64,000 bases of DNA from Chlorokybus atmophyticus (lineage: Eukaryota > Plantae > Mesostigma and Chlorokybus algae): assembly GCA_009103225.1 (NCBI GenBank), contig RHPI01003369.1:1315218-1379217 (forward strand), given 5' to 3'. The translations under genes and the position numbers were made by a program. Under the pieces are notes generated by a model. The model was given only the letters and a program-made list of their open reading frames with translations, was not told the origin of the DNA and searched no databases. Numbering within the stretch: position 1 is the stretch's first letter; each line of letters begins with the position of its first letter. Below are positions 61,622-64,000 of this stretch, piece after piece.

Positions 61622-64000
61622 CTAGGTCTGCTGGCTTGGGGGCTGGGGAGGGTCTTCAGTAGGACGTCGCAAGGGTCTTGCTGCTGCTGCTCCACTGGAC
61701 TCTCCTAGCGAGGAACCTGCAAGGGACAATTGAAGTCCAGGGACAGATGCCCGTCGTCGCCGCGCTGAGGAACTGGGACTGGGGCGAGGGGGTGGAAGAG
61801 CAGCAACTTGTTGGGCTTGTGTTTCAGGAATACAGAGTAGGCTATCAAGTTGCTTGAAGATGTTTCCAGGGGTATACACAGGGACGGCTGTTGGGATAAG
61901 CTCGTCGGGAACACTGACTGTCGCTCCCTCCTCTGCTGCCTCTACTACTGGATGATGTCAACCTGTTTAAGTTGGCGAGCTAAGTCCTCGTTTTGAGTTC
62001 TAAGAACTCGCTCTGCCTTCTCACTAGCCTCTGCCCGTTGAGCAGCCAGATGCGCTGCTTGGAGGGCTCTAGCAGACGCGTTGGTTGCCGCCGTCTTGCG
62101 GAGGTTGATGTCATGGAGTGACCGATCGCGTTGCAGAATTTGCGCCATCAGCTGCGTCCTAGTCATCTCTCCATAGATTGCAGCGGCAGAGGCTTCAAGG
62201 TCTGCATACAGCATTGTCTGTTAGTACAATCAGCCAAACATGCATGCTCAAACCTTAACGCTAAAGCGTACCGTGGGTCTCAGGGATTGGTTGCCTTGCG
62301 ACCTCCGGGCCTTGAAGCTGTGCTCCTTGGGCTTGCTGTGGCACCTGAGCTTTATGTGAGTTGGACATGTTGATATGAGTGCATATAAGGTTGTGAGTGT
62401 GTGATGAGAAAGCCTGACTGAAAAAGACTGTAAGACTTTCAGTTAGACCAGATCAGATAAACTAACCTGGGGAAAGCACAGAGGTGGCAGGAGGGGCAGA
62501 GCCAGGAGGAGAAAGCACAGAGGTGGCAGGAGGGGTAGAGCCAGGAGGAGAAGGCACGGAGGTGGCAGTTGGCGCAGAGCCTGGTGGGGCAGGAGGGGTA
62601 GAACCAGGAGGGGCAGAGACTGGTGGGGCAGGAGGGGCAGAGCCTGGTGGGGCAGCAGGGGCAGAGCCAGGAGGGGCAAAGCCTGGTGGGAAAAGCACGG
62701 AGGTGGCCGGAGGTGCAGAGACTGGTGGGAAAAGCACGCTGGGGGGCAAGGAAAACAGAGCGGCAGCGCCTGGCACAACTTGTGAGAGGAGAGGTGCAGT
62801 GCCTGTCATGGTGGGGGTCAGGGTTAGTAACGGTGATTTCATAACAGGAGGAAAAGCACCAGCACCAGGCTGTTTGAAACAGCACAGTACCTTGTTGAGA
62901 ACGCCGCCATTATTGAAATGCTTCGAACTCGGCGGCGTCAAACCCTGTCACCCTGTCACCATAACCTCCCATTGGCAGTCCGCCAACTGGAATAGTCTGC
63001 TGCTCCTCAGCAGGCCTCTGCTCGTCGGGGTCGCTCTCGACCTCCATCTCCTCCTTGTCCTCCTCCTTTTCCTCCTCCACCTGCTCCTGCTCGTGTTCCT
63101 TCCCCTCCTTCTCCTCTGCCTTGTCCTCCTCCTTCTCTTCCTCCTTGTCCTCCTCCTTCTCCTCTGCCTTACTCTCCTCCTTTTCCTCCTCCTTCTCCTC
63201 CTCCTCCTCCTCCTCCTCCTTGTGCTCTTCCTTGTCGTCCTCCTCCTTTTCGTCCTCCTTGTCCTCCTCCACCTGCTCCTATACCACAACAAGGTTTAAG
63301 ACTGACGACTACTAGGTTTAAGACTCACGACGAGGTTTAAGACTGAAGACACACCTTGTCGCTGGCTGGGGGGAGAACTTGCGGTGTGAGAACGGCGGCC
63401 ATGTCATGCAGTGTGTAGTCCATGCGCACGACACGCTCCTCAGAGCGTCGAACAGACTCAAACATCTGTCGCATCTCCTGTAAGCTCAGGCTTTTCAGCT
63501 TGTCCTCAAAAAGTCTCTGCATCTTGGCAAGCTTGACCGCCTTCTCATCGACTTCCTTTTTTGCCATTGCGGCTTCCTTGAACACCGCGTTGGCGTCTTT
63601 CTGCACACATTGCAAAGGTTAGTAGTCTTTCACAAAGCATGCATTATAACCACAGCTCTACCACCTTCTTTTCTTCTACAAGTTTAACTTGGTCTCTGAG
63701 AGCTTGCTGCAAGCTGATCAGATGACCGCGCATGCAGTCAGTATGTGCTTTTTCAGTCTTAACATCTTCACGTAAACGTAATACGGACTTTTTTTCCTCG
63801 GACATGCTTTCTACTATTTTAAGCAGGCGTTTAGCAACCTGGACGTTGAAGGACATTTAGATAGTGCTAGACCTGGATAGTGCTGTGCAATGCTACCTGG
63901 ACCAGTGCATACCTTGTCAAGTTCTTCGACCACCTCACCACTGGCAAGACGCTCCAGGTACTCCCCAGGGTTAAAAGGCTTGCGCTTTCTAAGCCCTTCC
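61622..64000 (-). CDS. Second (TnpA-like/accessory) spliced gene of the transposon: coiled-coil, Glu-rich and Pro-rich; 5' end outside the window; possibly disrupted
   Basis: Exons EGLRKRKPFNPGEYLERLASGEVVEELDK|, VAKRLLKIVESMSEEKK, QCVQKDANAVFKEAAMAKKEVDEK, the acidic tract EEDKEDEKEE, a repeat exon, DLEASAAAIYGEMTRTQLMAQ and ...PPQPPSQQT*. Exact splicing around 62210-62910 is ambiguous. Confidence 0.65.
62465..62760 (-). repeat. Degenerate tandem coding repeat (PPGSAPPATSV-like) in transposon ORF2
   Basis: Recurrent gcagagcctggtggggcaggaggg / gcacagaggtggcaggaggg units. Confidence 0.8.

Larger units (their letters stand above)
55082..64000. mobile_element. CACTA/EnSpm (CMC superfamily) DNA transposon; left end only, continues beyond the window
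   Basis: Candidate terminus CCCAG at 55082, palindromic subterminal repeats, a DDE transposase of Tnp2/Transposase_21 type on +, and a convergent second spliced gene on -. The right end and target-site duplication are not visible. Confidence 0.85.

Noticed and set aside
62484-63299. 271-aa Leu-rich plus-strand ORF
   Set aside because: Antisense translation of the Glu/Lys-rich and Pro-rich exons of transposon ORF2.

Overview
Intron-rich eukaryotic genomic DNA from a compact, gene-dense green-algal genome. The gene set (MS2/FAR2-type plastid fatty acyl reductase, DRMY1-type Myb, plant-type RRC1, U2AF65, PAS2 and FHY/RFK, plus PAN3) suggests an early-diverging streptophyte alga; this is inference. 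Positions 1-52 kb hold 13 spliced genes, often in tight head-to-head pairs: RRC1/SR140, PAS2, ATP10, U2AF65, a ~24-exon coiled-coil/EF-hand-like orphan, FHY/RFK, SAE1, FAR, a plastid glucose-6-phosphate/aldose 1-epimerase, DRMY1-like Myb, PAN3, a bacterial-type BtuF-like substrate-binding protein and an F-box/DUF3506 protein. From ~53.8 kb there is an AT-rich decayed spliced ORF. From ~55.08 kb to the window end lies a large CACTA/EnSpm-type DNA transposon with palindromic subterminal repeats, a spliced transposase carrying a nonsense codon next to its first catalytic Asp, and a convergent second gene. The most notable observations are five GC-AG introns (two consecutive in the BtuF-like gene), a candidate poison exon in U2AF65, a ~145-nt intergenic hairpin, a DRMY1 N-terminus with no in-frame ATG, and multiple PAM2-like motifs in PAN3. 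All gene models were assembled by eye from the ORF track and splice signals; no database searches were run. I found no single clearly novel multi-gene system.
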